A stretch of 42,783 nt of DNA from an uncultured Coriobacteriaceae bacterium (GTDB lineage: Bacteria > Actinomycetota > Coriobacteriia > Anaerosomatales > SLCP01). Below, piece after piece: positions 1 through 8,510 of this stretch (positions are counted from its first letter, which is position 1; the number at the start of each line of letters is the position of its first letter). Under the pieces are notes generated by a model. It worked only from the letters and a program-made list of their open reading frames with translations. It did no database searches and was not told the origin of the DNA. A program made the position numbers and the translations under genes. The stretch is taken from assembly GCA_964350345.1 (NCBI GenBank), contig CAYGKH010000001.1, positions 1 through 42,783 on the forward strand. Reading direction: 5' to 3'.

Positions 1-94
1 CCTGTCCTTCGGCGAGGTGAACAGGTTCTATGTACGGTCGTATTCGACCAGGACCGCGGGCTCTCCGGCCCCTTCTTGCAGGGCGGTTCGCCAT

Positions 95-1012
95 CTACTC
101 GCCCTCTGTGATCACAGCGAGCGCACCGTGCCTGCCAGTCGTCGATTCGGCACGATATGAAAAGAACCTGTCAGTGAGATCGTGAGTACACGCCCCTACT
201 GACGTGGTCCGCCCGGCCGACACGCCACTGCGCGCCAAGCTCTCACGAACGGCGGCAGCAAGATCGAGACGCCCGTCGAGCGCGCCGACGGTATCAAAAA
301 TGTTGCAGAAGTGCGAAAGCAATCTTTCATCTACTTCGTAACAGCAGCGTGCGATATGTGGGCCGATATAGGCGCTGATGTCCGAAGGGGCACAACCCGC
401 ATGCGCGGCCAGTGCCGAAGCGGCGGTTCCCGGGAGGGAGAGACGTGCACCGCGCCATCCTGCATGCACAACCGCGACAGCGGGTCGCGGGCTGGTGGCC
501 ACCAGGACGATGGGTACGCAGTCCGCGAAGAACATCATCAGCGGCAGACCACGCGCCGATGTCACAAGCGCATCGGTGGCGGGCACAGGAGGCCGGCTCC
601 CGTGTGAGGGCTCCGCGAACGCTCCCGAGCCTGCCTCTCGATCACCCACGACTTCGATCCGCTCGCCGTGCACCTGCTCGGCCGTCACGAGCCGCTCTCG
701 AAGACCGGCGATACCCAGTGCACCGAAGAGCCTCGTGCGGTTTGTGTCGACTGCAACTGCGGCGTCGCCCACGTGCGCCGCAAGGTTGAGTGACTCATAC
801 GGTGATACGCTCACGCCTCCGGAGCGCTCGGTAAATGCGACGAGGATGCCACGTTCCCGAAGAACCGAATCAAGATGGATGACCACCTCATCGTACTCAA
901 CCCTTCGGAGCGACGGATTGACTGCGCTGTCACTGCGTGACGACACGAAGGGCTCCAAGCAGACGGGAAACATTGCGGAAGGAATTGGCAGGCGGGGGCG
1001 TTTGGGGCACAC
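95..1012 (-). CDS. pgeF: Peptidoglycan editing factor PgeF / YfiH (DUF152) family protein
   Basis: 305-aa ORF with family motifs FFADCVPIVL, VVHAGWRGA and GACTH...FFSYR. It lies downstream of ftsZ, as in many Gram-positives. The start is uncertain: the listed GTG at 1012 has no SD. Alternatives are ATG 973 or GTG 946 (GGAG 6 nt upstream). Confidence 0.8.
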   Translation of the reverse strand: MCPKRPRLPIPSAMFPVCLEPFVSSRSDSAVNPSLRRVEYDEVVIHLDSVLRERGILVAFTERSGGVSVSPYESLNLAAHVGDAAVAVDTNRTRLFGALGIAGLRERLVTAEQVHGERIEVVGDREAGSGAFAEPSHGSRPPVPATDALVTSARGLPLMMFFADCVPIVLVATSPRPAVAVVHAGWRGARLSLPGTAASALAAHAGCAPSDISAYIGPHIARCCYEVDERLLSHFCNIFDTVGALDGRLDLAAAVRESLARSGVSAGRTTSVGACTHDLTDRFFSYRAESTTGRHGALAVITEGE

Positions 1013-1069
1013 TTATTGTAGCCGAGGTGAGTACGACCTTGGCGGGACTGCTCAGGGGGAGGTGACACT

Positions 1070-1549
1070 ATGAAGCGGTCATCTAGCTTCGCTGCTGGTA
1101 TCGTTGCTCTCTGCACGCTGCTCGCAGCCGCCCCCGCGTTCGCACAGACCTACGACGATCCTTTCGGCCCGACGTTCGGAATGTTCTTCCTTTTCTGCTG
1201 GGGCATCATGGCGCTCATAGGCCTGGCGCTGCTCGTCCTCAACATCTGGATGCTCGTCGATGTAATCCAGCGACAGGAGTACGAGTTCCCGGGATCCACG
1301 GGCAGTAGCAAGACCCTGTGGCTAGTCCTCTTGATCGTCGGTCTCGTCATTGGATTCGGATGGATCGTAGCGCTCGTCTACTACTTCCAGGTCTTCAAGA
1401 AGGTGCGGCGCGGCACGGCTCAGCCCGGCGTCGCACAGCAACCTACATACGCTCCACCACCCGCAGCTCCTCCGACACCGCCAGCTCCACCCGCAGCTCC
1501 TCCGACACCGCCAGCTCCACCGGCGCCTCCGGAGGACGAACAGCGATAG
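1070..1549 (+). CDS. Small membrane protein with PLDc_N-like domain and proline-rich C-terminal tail
   Basis: Strong SD (GGAGGTGA at 1058-1065) lies 4 nt before the ATG. The N-terminus has a signal peptide (LLAAAPAFA-QT). WMLVDVIQRQ...KTLWLVLLIVGLVIGFGWIVALVYYF resembles the PLD-nuclease N-terminal membrane domain. The tail is PPAAPPTPPA repeats. Confidence 0.7.
   Translation: MKRSSSFAAGIVALCTLLAAAPAFAQTYDDPFGPTFGMFFLFCWGIMALIGLALLVLNIWMLVDVIQRQEYEFPGSTGSSKTLWLVLLIVGLVIGFGWIVALVYYFQVFKKVRRGTAQPGVAQQPTYAPPPAAPPTPPAPPAAPPTPPAPPAPPEDEQR
1458..1517 (+). repeat. Perfect 30-bp tandem duplication (2 copies plus a partial third) inside the CDS
   Basis: cacccgcagctcctccgacaccgccagctc occurs at 1458-1487 and again at 1488-1517. 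It is in frame and encodes the PPAAPPTPPA repeat. Confidence 0.9.
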
Positions 1550-1561
1550 TTCTCGAATCTT

Positions 1562-1604
1562 CGCAAAGAGGAGGTCCGCATACATTGCGGACCTCCTCTT
1601 TGCG
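1562..1604. terminator. Perfect 19-bp stem / 5-nt loop hairpin between convergent genes (bidirectional terminator candidate)
   Basis: cgcaaagaggaggtccgca-tacat-tgcggacctcctctttgcg. It starts 12 nt after the stop of the 1070-1549 CDS. There is no clear U-tract on either strand. Confidence 0.6.
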
Positions 1605-1627
1605 CTCAACTCTCTCCGAACACGATC

Positions 1628-1671
1628 GGACCCTGATATCACGGGGTCTCACCGCCGTGGCATCAGGGTCC
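1628..1671. other. Second stem-loop, 17 nt downstream of the ftsZ stop
   Basis: ggaccctgat (1628-1637) pairs with atcagggtcc (1662-1671). The 24-nt loop contains an inner cacgg/ccgtg stem. Confidence 0.4.
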
Positions 1672-1687
1672 AGACCGGGACGTCACC

Positions 1688-2767
1688 CTAGTACGAACGC
1701 TGCTTCAGAAATGGAGGGATCTCGAGATCGTCATCAGTGGGGATCGGCTCGAAGGTGGGGATCGGCGGTTCGGAATCCTCGGCGGACCCGAACTCCATTT
1801 TCTCCTGCTTGCGGCGACGTCCCTCGAAACCGGTGGCTATCACGGTGACGCGAATCTGATCCATCAGGGAGTCATCGATAACAGCCCCGAAGATGATGTT
1901 GGCGTCCGGATGGGCCGCTGCGGCTACGACCTCGGCTGCCTCGTTGACCTCGAACAGTCCAAGGTCCGAACCGCCAGAGATGGACAACAGCACACCCTGC
2001 GCGCCCTCGATGCTTGACTCGAGAAGCGGGCTGGAGATGGCAGCCTTGGCCGCATCGTGCGCGCGGTTGTCGCCGGCGGCCAGTCCGATGCCCATGAGTG
2101 CCGATCCGGCATCGGCCATGATGGTCCGTACGTCGGCGAAGTCGAGGTTGATCAACCCGGGAACGGTGATCAAGTCGGTGATCCCCTGAGTGCCCTGGCG
2201 CAAGATGTCATCCGCGATACGGAACGCGTCGAGGATCGAGGTCTTCTTCTCGGCTACCTGCAGCAGCCGATCGTTGGGAATCACTATCAGCGTGTCGACG
2301 ACTTCGCGCAGCCGAGCGATGCCATCCTCCGCCTGAAGAGCTCGCTTGCGCCCCTCGAACGCGAACGGGCGGGTTACGACACCGACCGTGAGCGCTCCGA
2401 CCTCCTCCTTGGCGACCTCGGCGATGATGGGTGCCGATCCTGTGCCCGTTCCACCACCCTCACCTGCGGTGATGAAGACCATGTCTGCGCCCTGAAGCGC
2501 TTCCTTGATCTCTGCCCGGCTCTCCTCTGCGGCCTGAAGACCGATATCGGGATTCGCGCCGGCGCCGAGACCCTTCGTCAGGTTCACTCCTATGTGAACC
2601 TTGTAGTCAGCCTCAGACATCAGCAGAGCCTGAGCGTCAGTGTTCACGGCGATGAACTCAACGCCCTTGACGCCAGCCTCTACCATCCGATTGACGGCGT
2701 TCGTGCCACCGCCGCCAATGCCGACGACCTTGATCACTGCAAGGTAGTTCGCGCCCGTCTCGAGCAT
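1688..2767 (-). CDS. ftsZ: Cell division protein FtsZ
   Basis: Motifs [22 protein letters not shown] and [10 protein letters not shown], plus a C-terminal [10 protein letters not shown] peptide. The start is trimmed to ATG 2767, which has GGGGAGGG just upstream. The ORF track extends to 2842. Confidence 0.97.
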   Translation of the reverse strand: MLETGANYLAVIKVVGIGGGGTNAVNRMVEAGVKGVEFIAVNTDAQALLMSEADYKVHIGVNLTKGLGAGANPDIGLQAAEESRAEIKEALQGADMVFITAGEGGGTGTGSAPIIAEVAKEEVGALTVGVVTRPFAFEGRKRALQAEDGIARLREVVDTLIVIPNDRLLQVAEKKTSILDAFRIADDILRQGTQGITDLITVPGLINLDFADVRTIMADAGSALMGIGLAAGDNRAHDAAKAAISSPLLESSIEGAQGVLLSISGGSDLGLFEVNEAAEVVAAAAHPDANIIFGAVIDDSLMDQIRVTVIATGFEGRRRKQEKMEFGSAEDSEPPIPTFEPIPTDDDLEIPPFLKQRSY

Positions 2768-2860
2768 GGTTTCCCTCCCCGTTCGTGAAGGTGCGAGAGA
2801 ACTAGATTCAACCTCAACTTTACGGTTACTGTCTAGGTGCAACAGTCAATCTTCGCATAA

Positions 2861-2889
2861 ACCTTATAGAACACGCAAGGGGTTTTCAA
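2861..2889 (-). promoter_or_regulatory. Candidate ftsZ promoter in the AT-richer ftsQ-ftsZ spacer
   Basis: On the minus strand: TTGAAA (2889-2884), 17-nt spacer, TAAGGT (2866-2861, TAnnnT type). The 231-nt spacer is visibly lower in GC than its surroundings. Hexamer match only. Confidence 0.3.
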
Positions 2890-2998
2890 GAAACTTGTCC
2901 AAGAAATATCAGGGCACCGGCAATTAGCTGCGGAAACGCAATGGATCCAGCGATTGCCCGAGGAGGTGTGCGATCACTCAACCTGTTTGCAGCTCCCT

Positions 2999-3988
2999 TT
3001 AGGGTAAGTCGAGCCCTCGCCACGTGGGTCGATCCGCCGTCCGCACGTTGATGTAGACGACCGCGCCAGACTGCTCCTCGAGAATCCCTCGCGCCACGAG
3101 ATCCTTGCGGGCGATGCCATCCGCCGACCCGACAAGTATCTCAACATCCTCGTTGGTGATAAGCGTTGTCAGATCGACGGACTGCGCAGATATCGCACGA
3201 ACGTTCCCGCGCAAGTCAGCGCTCAGTCCGGCAAGTACCTCGAGTGCGTTAAGGAGTGCAGCCGATGTCGCGACCTCCCCCTCAATCGGTTCGAAATCGA
3301 CAAGGTCTCGAACGATTACCATCGTATCGGCGGCATCGGGTGTCCGCTGCTCGAGAACGGTCCCCTCCCGGTCCACGAGCCAGAACAACGCATCGCCTAC
3401 ATCAACGAGCACAACCGGCTCCCGCTCGACGACCCGCACACGAAGGCCATCGGGGAAGTCCCGGCTCACCTGTGCCTCGGCGATCCACGGGCTCGCAATA
3501 AGCCGCTCTTCGATCTCGGTCCGAGGGTAACGCAGCAGGGTCGAGCCTTCGGGAAGTGCGACGAGTGCGCGGACCTGATCGTCCGTCAAGCGCGCCGCCC
3601 CGACCACTTCGATCCTCTCGATGGTGAACACCGCAGAACGGTAGAGCGCGATTGAACTGCCCGCCACGACGGCGACCAGGATGATCACCGATGCAACACG
3701 GATGCGGGTAGCCCGCCTCTGCCGTGCGAGCCTGTTCTCCCGGGCAACGCGTTTGGAGTCGATGGGCGTGCGCGCCACAGAAGCCCGACTCCCGGGCTGC
3801 CTTCCCCGAGCTGCAGGGTTGGATCCACTGCGCTGGCCGGATTTACCCTTTACCTTAGGTAGAGGTTGAGAGGAGGCCTGCCTGCCTGCAGTCGATCCGT
3901 CTCGGGAGCGTTCGGGGGTGATTACCACATGTTTCCGTTTACCCTTCCCCTCCGAGGATCCTGATCTCCGTTTCGAGTTCGATGTCAT
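2999..3988 (-). CDS. ftsQ: Cell division protein FtsQ/DivIB (POTRA domain) with long basic N-terminal tail
   Basis: About 95 aa of K/R/S-rich tail, then one TM (VASVIILVAVVAGSSIALY), then a POTRA-like FTIERIEVVGAARLT. GGAGGTGA lies 9 nt before ATG 3988. The gene occupies the dcw position between murB and ftsZ. Confidence 0.85.
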   Translation of the reverse strand: MTSNSKRRSGSSEGKGKRKHVVITPERSRDGSTAGRQASSQPLPKVKGKSGQRSGSNPAARGRQPGSRASVARTPIDSKRVARENRLARQRRATRIRVASVIILVAVVAGSSIALYRSAVFTIERIEVVGAARLTDDQVRALVALPEGSTLLRYPRTEIEERLIASPWIAEAQVSRDFPDGLRVRVVEREPVVLVDVGDALFWLVDREGTVLEQRTPDAADTMVIVRDLVDFEPIEGEVATSAALLNALEVLAGLSADLRGNVRAISAQSVDLTTLITNEDVEILVGSADGIARKDLVARGILEEQSGAVVYINVRTADRPTWRGLDLP

Positions 3989-4844
3989 GCTGCAGTCTCA
4001 CCTCCGCACGGATCTCGCTGATCAATTTGAGAACGTCGGTCGCCGTCGCGCCGCCCACATTGATAATGAAGTTGGCGTGCACCTCAGATATCTCTGCTCC
4101 GCCGACTCGATACCCCTTCATCCCTGCTGCCTCGATGAGCCGCCCTGCAGATTCACCTGGCGGATTCACAAACACGCTACCGGCGTTCGGTTTTCCCAGA
4201 GGTTGAGCCGACTTGCGCCAGGCGAAGCGCTGATCCATCGCACGGCGGATCCGATCCTTGTCGCCCGGCTCGAGGCGCAGTGTGCACTCGACGATCACAC
4301 CACGGTCGGAAAGCCCGCTACAACGATACCCCCACGGGATCTCCGGTCCGCGCAACACCTGCAGCCCGGATCCGATGGTGTAGAGAGTCACGCTCTCGAC
4401 GAGCGAGCCGATCCAATCTTCGGTCGAGCCGGCGTTCATTGCCAGCGCACCGCCGACAGTCCCCGGGATCCCGACCGCGAACTCGAAACCCTCCCGTCCG
4501 CGCGAGTAGGCATCCTGGACAAGTGCCGCAAGTATGACTCCCGCGCCGGAGTGCAGTTCCGGCCCATCGGCGCGGTGACGCTTGAACTCCCGGCCGAGGA
4601 CCAGGACCGCACCGTCGTAGCCAACATCTGCTGCGAGGACGTTACTCCCCTTGCCGAGGACCGACCAGGCAACCTGTTCCTCGGTAAGAATCTCCAGGGC
4701 GTGCGCGAGATCGGAGAGTGACTCGCAGATGGCGAAGATGGCCGCCGGACCTCCGATGCGATACGTCGTATGCCGACTCAACCGCTCGTTGCGGCGAACA
4801 TGTCCCGAGGGCATCGACGTGCACAGCCGCTCGTATGCCCTCAT
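3939..4844 (-). CDS. murB: UDP-N-acetylenolpyruvoylglucosamine reductase
   Basis: Motifs LSRHTTYRIGGPA, LGKGSNVL and AGSVFVNP. The start is trimmed to ATG 4844, 8 nt after the murC stop. The ORF track extends to 4991. Confidence 0.93.
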   Translation of the reverse strand: MRAYERLCTSMPSGHVRRNERLSRHTTYRIGGPAAIFAICESLSDLAHALEILTEEQVAWSVLGKGSNVLAADVGYDGAVLVLGREFKRHRADGPELHSGAGVILAALVQDAYSRGREGFEFAVGIPGTVGGALAMNAGSTEDWIGSLVESVTLYTIGSGLQVLRGPEIPWGYRCSGLSDRGVIVECTLRLEPGDKDRIRRAMDQRFAWRKSAQPLGKPNAGSVFVNPPGESAGRLIEAAGMKGYRVGGAEISEVHANFIINVGGATATDVLKLISEIRAEVRLQHDIELETEIRILGGEG

Positions 4845-4852
4845 CGGATCGC

Positions 4853-6235
4853 TCACGACCGCTCCTCGAGGCAGCGCACGATCTCTGGACCCACACCCGT
4901 CACATCGCCCGCGCCCATCGTCATGACCAGGTCCCCGGGACGCGCGTACCGAGATATGTACTCGGGGATCTCGGATCGACGCGGCAACCATGCCACACGG
5001 CTCCGGGGAGCATCAGCGAGAATACCGTCAACAAGTGTCTTGCCGGAGACGCCGGGAATCGGCGTCTCACCTGCGCTGTACACATCCATCAAGATCACGC
5101 GATCGGCATCGGAGAACGCGAGTGCGAACTCCTCGGCCAGCGCACGAGTGCGAGAGTAGCGGTGCGGCTGGAAGATCGCCCACACACGTCCGGAGTCGCC
5201 CACAGACGTACGCGCAGCAGCAAGTGTCGCACGGACCTCGGTCGGATGGTGCGCGTAGTCGTCGAAGACCGCTATCCCGCCGACCAAGCCGACCGGGTCG
5301 AACCTCCGTTTGACGCCCGCGAACCCATCGAGGGCAGCTGCGGCAGATGGAAGACCAAGACCGAGGACGTATGCGACCGAGAGTGCAGCTGCCGCATTGA
5401 GCACGTTATGGATACCGGGAACACGGATACGCGCCTCGGCTGTCAAACCATCTGGAGTCGTCAGCGCGAAAGAGTGCCCGTCGGTCTCGGGCTGCAGGGC
5501 GCTGACCCGGACATCGGCGTCGGTGGCCTGGCCGTAGCTGACCATCGGAACACCGGCCTTGCGGGCGACCGCCATCGCGCGAGTGTCGTCGGCGCACACG
5601 ATCGCATGGCCACCGGTGACCGTCCGCTCCATGAAACGCTGGAAAATCTCCTCCACAGCCTCGACTGTGCCATAGTGATCGAGGTGATCCGCCTCGATGT
5701 TGGTGACGACAGAGACGAATGGATCGAGATGCAAGAACGAACCGTCCGACTCGTCGGCCTCGACGACGTAGTGCGGTCCGGTGCCGCACAGAGCGTTCGT
5801 CTTAAACTCGCACACCTCCCCACCGATCAGGAAGGTCGGTGACAGTCCCATACTGTTCAGCATGGTCGCAACCATCGAACTCGTCGTCGTCTTACCGTGG
5901 GTGCCCGCAATCGCGATCGTCTGGCGATCCTCGGCTAGATATGCAAGCATGCGCGCCCTCGGCCAGACCGGCAGACCGCGGCGGTGCGCCTCAACGAGTT
6001 CGGGGTTGGACTGCGGGATCGCTGTGGAGACCACAACGATCTCCGGGTCCCCTAGATTCGCGGCATCGTGGCCTACCGTCACCGGGACGCCGGCCTCGCG
6101 TAGAGCCCGGACATACCGCGAGTCTTTCAGGTCCGAACCGGTCACGGGAATCCCGCGTTCGTGCAGGACGAGCGCGATGCCGCTCATGCCCGCCCCACCG
6201 ACTCCGATGAAATGAGCGCGTACCTGGCGGCTCAT
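4853..6235 (-). CDS. murC: UDP-N-acetylmuramate--L-alanine ligase
   Basis: Motifs HFIGVGGAGMSGIA and AGTHGKTTTSSM (P-loop), with Mur ligase C-terminal features. ATGA overlap with the murG stop. Confidence 0.95.
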   Translation of the reverse strand: MSRQVRAHFIGVGGAGMSGIALVLHERGIPVTGSDLKDSRYVRALREAGVPVTVGHDAANLGDPEIVVVSTAIPQSNPELVEAHRRGLPVWPRARMLAYLAEDRQTIAIAGTHGKTTTSSMVATMLNSMGLSPTFLIGGEVCEFKTNALCGTGPHYVVEADESDGSFLHLDPFVSVVTNIEADHLDHYGTVEAVEEIFQRFMERTVTGGHAIVCADDTRAMAVARKAGVPMVSYGQATDADVRVSALQPETDGHSFALTTPDGLTAEARIRVPGIHNVLNAAAALSVAYVLGLGLPSAAAALDGFAGVKRRFDPVGLVGGIAVFDDYAHHPTEVRATLAAARTSVGDSGRVWAIFQPHRYSRTRALAEEFALAFSDADRVILMDVYSAGETPIPGVSGKTLVDGILADAPRSRVAWLPRRSEIPEYISRYARPGDLVMTMGAGDVTGVGPEIVRCLEERS

Positions 6236-7368
6236 GCCACCACCTCGCCTGTGAGACGTCCCGATGCGGCTCCCTCGATGAGGGCGCAGAGACGCTGCGC
6301 TGCGTCCCTCACGCCGAGTGACGCCGACGCCTCTGCCATACGGCCGCGCGTCTCAGGATCATCGAGCAGAGTGGTGAGCGCAGACGACAGGGCGTCACCG
6401 TCGAAGGCGGCGTCGGAAACCACGATCGCGCCCCCTGCGGACTCGACATCTCGCGCGTTGAGCGTCTGGTGATCCTCGGTCGCATACGGATACGGCACGA
6501 GCACAGCCGCCCTGCCCACCGCGGTTATCTCCGCGATCGACGTCGCCCCGGCTCTCGCGACCACGACATCTGCGGCAGCGAGCGCTGAAGCCATGTCCTG
6601 TAGGTAGTCGAGGAGGCGGTAACGATCCTGTCCGTCAGCGCCAAGATCGCGCTTGGCGAGCGCGCGGCGTACGGAGTCGACCTCCGCCATGCCCGCGATA
6701 TGGATCACGTGAAGGTCCTCCCTGGTCATGAGTCGGGGTGCCGCATCGACGAGCGCCTCGTTGATACGACGTGCGCCACGGCTTCCGCCGAAGACGAGCA
6801 GGACCTTCGCCCCGTCAGGAAGACCGAGGCGCTGCCGACCGGTGGCTCGATCCGCAGCGAGAACAGCTGTACGCACGGGATTGCCCGTCTGGACCGAAGT
6901 GGTACCGGCACGCATGCGAGCTACCGACGCCTCGTAGGTGACGCCCACTACCGTCGCACGTCTCGACAGCACACGATTTGCCATCCCGGGAACCGAGTTC
7001 TGCTCGTGGAGCACGAGGGGCAGGCGACGCGCGATCGCAGCGAATCCTAGAGGCAGTGAGACGTATCCGCCGAAACCCACGGCGACGTCAGCCTTCACCC
7101 TTCCGAGGAGCGCCCACGCGCGCGCAGTGGAGAGAGCAAGAACCGCGACTGCCACCACGAACGACAGCGGACGCGAGCGATCGAATCCACGCGCTGGCAC
7201 GGCATGGAACGTCAAGCCCGCCTCGGATGCGAGACGGGCTTCAGGACCCCGGCGCGTGCCGATGAAGTCGACCTCATGCCCGTCGTCGCACAGCCGATCT
7301 GCCACCGTCAACGCCGGATAGATGTGACCGGCAGTTCCCCCGCCGCTCAGCACTACTCGCACTCGCAC
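6232..7368 (-). CDS. murG: Lipid II synthase MurG (UDP-GlcNAc:lipid I GlcNAc transferase)
   Basis: Motifs LSGGGTAGHIYPAL and GGSRGARRIN. The start is one of several GTGs (7368, 7362, 7353) just after AAGGAGA. GTG 7362 has the best spacing. Confidence 0.95.
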   Translation of the reverse strand: MRVRVVLSGGGTAGHIYPALTVADRLCDDGHEVDFIGTRRGPEARLASEAGLTFHAVPARGFDRSRPLSFVVAVAVLALSTARAWALLGRVKADVAVGFGGYVSLPLGFAAIARRLPLVLHEQNSVPGMANRVLSRRATVVGVTYEASVARMRAGTTSVQTGNPVRTAVLAADRATGRQRLGLPDGAKVLLVFGGSRGARRINEALVDAAPRLMTREDLHVIHIAGMAEVDSVRRALAKRDLGADGQDRYRLLDYLQDMASALAAADVVVARAGATSIAEITAVGRAAVLVPYPYATEDHQTLNARDVESAGGAIVVSDAAFDGDALSSALTTLLDDPETRGRMAEASASLGVRDAAQRLCALIEGAASGRLTGEVVA

Positions 7369-8509
7369 TCTCCTTACTCAGTACGTGTGCCCTCTTCTTG
7401 GTGCGGGCACCGTACGTGGAAACCGACAGTATGACCCCGATGCACAGCATCGTGAAGGTCATCGATGAACCACCGAAGCTCACGAACGGGAGCGGAATAC
7501 CTGTCACCGGAACGAGTCCCGTCACCGCAGCCATGTTGATGATCGCCTGGGTGACGAGCATCGCCGTGAGACCACCCACCAGGAGACGGCCGTAGACATC
7601 CTTGGTGCCGAGCGCGATCCTCACCCCGGCGTAGGCGATAACACCGAACGCCAACAGGACCGAGAGCGACCCGATGAACCCGAGTTCCTCTCCGATGATA
7701 GCGAAGATGAAGTCGGTGTGCGCTGCCGGCAGGTAGAAGAACTTCTGCCGCGACATCCCGAGTCCCACGCCGCCGAGCCCCCCGGAGCCGAACGCATACA
7801 TCGCCTGGATGGATTGGTAGCCGGAGTCCAGCGGATCTGCCCACGGATCGAGGAACGCGAACAGGCGGCGCAATCGATAGGGCGCCATCGCGATCGCACC
7901 GGCCAGTGCGACCAGACCGACGAAGACGCCACCCCACAGGAAGCGAGCGTCCACGCCGCCGATCATCAACACAAGAAAGACCGCGAGCAGTATCGAAAAC
8001 GTCGTCCCTAAATCGGGCTGCATCATGAGGAACAACACGACGATGCCGACCGCACCAAACAGGCGTCTCCAGAAGTCGGCGGACGATATCCGGCCGCTTT
8101 GATGTTGCTGGATAAGCAGGGCGGCGACCATCACGCACCCGAGTTTCGCGTACTCGGAAGGTTGTATGGTAAAGAAACCCATGTCGATCCATCGAGTCGC
8201 ACCCCACTTACCGACGCCCATGAAGAACACGAGCCCCAGACCGATAAGGGAACCTCCGTATACGGCGATCGATGCCCAGCGCGCTCGACGGTAGTCGACG
8301 AGCATCGCAACGGCCATGAGAACCAGCCCACCAAGCGCACCGAGTGCCTGCCTCTTCAGGTGATACATGCTGTCCTGCTGCTGAGCAAGGTCAGCAACCG
8401 AGGAGGCGGAGTAGACCATGATGAGCCCACCGAAGAGAAGAAAGAGTGTGGCGAACAGAAGCAGGTAGCGGGGAAGCGGCCCGCCGGCGTAGACGTTGTG
8501 CGCTGCCAC
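7274..8509 (-). CDS. ftsW: SEDS-family peptidoglycan glycosyltransferase FtsW
   Basis: About 10 TM helices with PSEYAKL and IGEELGF motifs. GTG start sits 1 nt after the murD stop. The last ~31 codons overlap the murG 5' end. Confidence 0.9.
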   Translation of the reverse strand: MAAHNVYAGGPLPRYLLLFATLFLLFGGLIMVYSASSVADLAQQQDSMYHLKRQALGALGGLVLMAVAMLVDYRRARWASIAVYGGSLIGLGLVFFMGVGKWGATRWIDMGFFTIQPSEYAKLGCVMVAALLIQQHQSGRISSADFWRRLFGAVGIVVLFLMMQPDLGTTFSILLAVFLVLMIGGVDARFLWGGVFVGLVALAGAIAMAPYRLRRLFAFLDPWADPLDSGYQSIQAMYAFGSGGLGGVGLGMSRQKFFYLPAAHTDFIFAIIGEELGFIGSLSVLLAFGVIAYAGVRIALGTKDVYGRLLVGGLTAMLVTQAIINMAAVTGLVPVTGIPLPFVSFGGSSMTFTMLCIGVILSVSTYGARTKKRAHVLSKESASASSAERRGNCRSHLSGVDGGRSAVRRRA

Positions 8510-8510
8510 T

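Noticed and set aside
1-94. A possible start of the next minus-strand gene (a ylmE/yggS-type gene is expected after pgeF) or the end of a plus-strand gene.
   Set aside because: The segment is too short. An ATG at 92 (minus) gives an Arg-rich peptide with poor codon bias, and no frame could be supported.
1058-1069. 12-mer GGAGGTGACACT repeated at 1058-1069 and 17979-17990, with the near-identical GGAGGTGAGACT (minus strand) before ftsQ (~3993-4004).
   Set aside because: This is explained as extended Shine-Dalgarno complementarity (GGAGGTGA) in front of start codons, not a mobile or regulatory repeat family.
1318-1848. Repetitive Ser/Thr/Arg-rich ORFs (1318-1848 plus, 1322-1642 minus, 1443-1652 minus) showing internal repeats.
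   Set aside because: Their repeats are simply the 30-bp tandem duplication of the 1070-1549 CDS read in other frames or on the other strand.
2849-2876. A dif-like sequence (TTCGCATAA-ACCTTA-TAGAACA) in the ftsQ-ftsZ spacer.
   Set aside because: Only the left arm resembles a XerC-binding arm. The right arm lacks the TTATGT-type XerD arm and there is no dyad symmetry.
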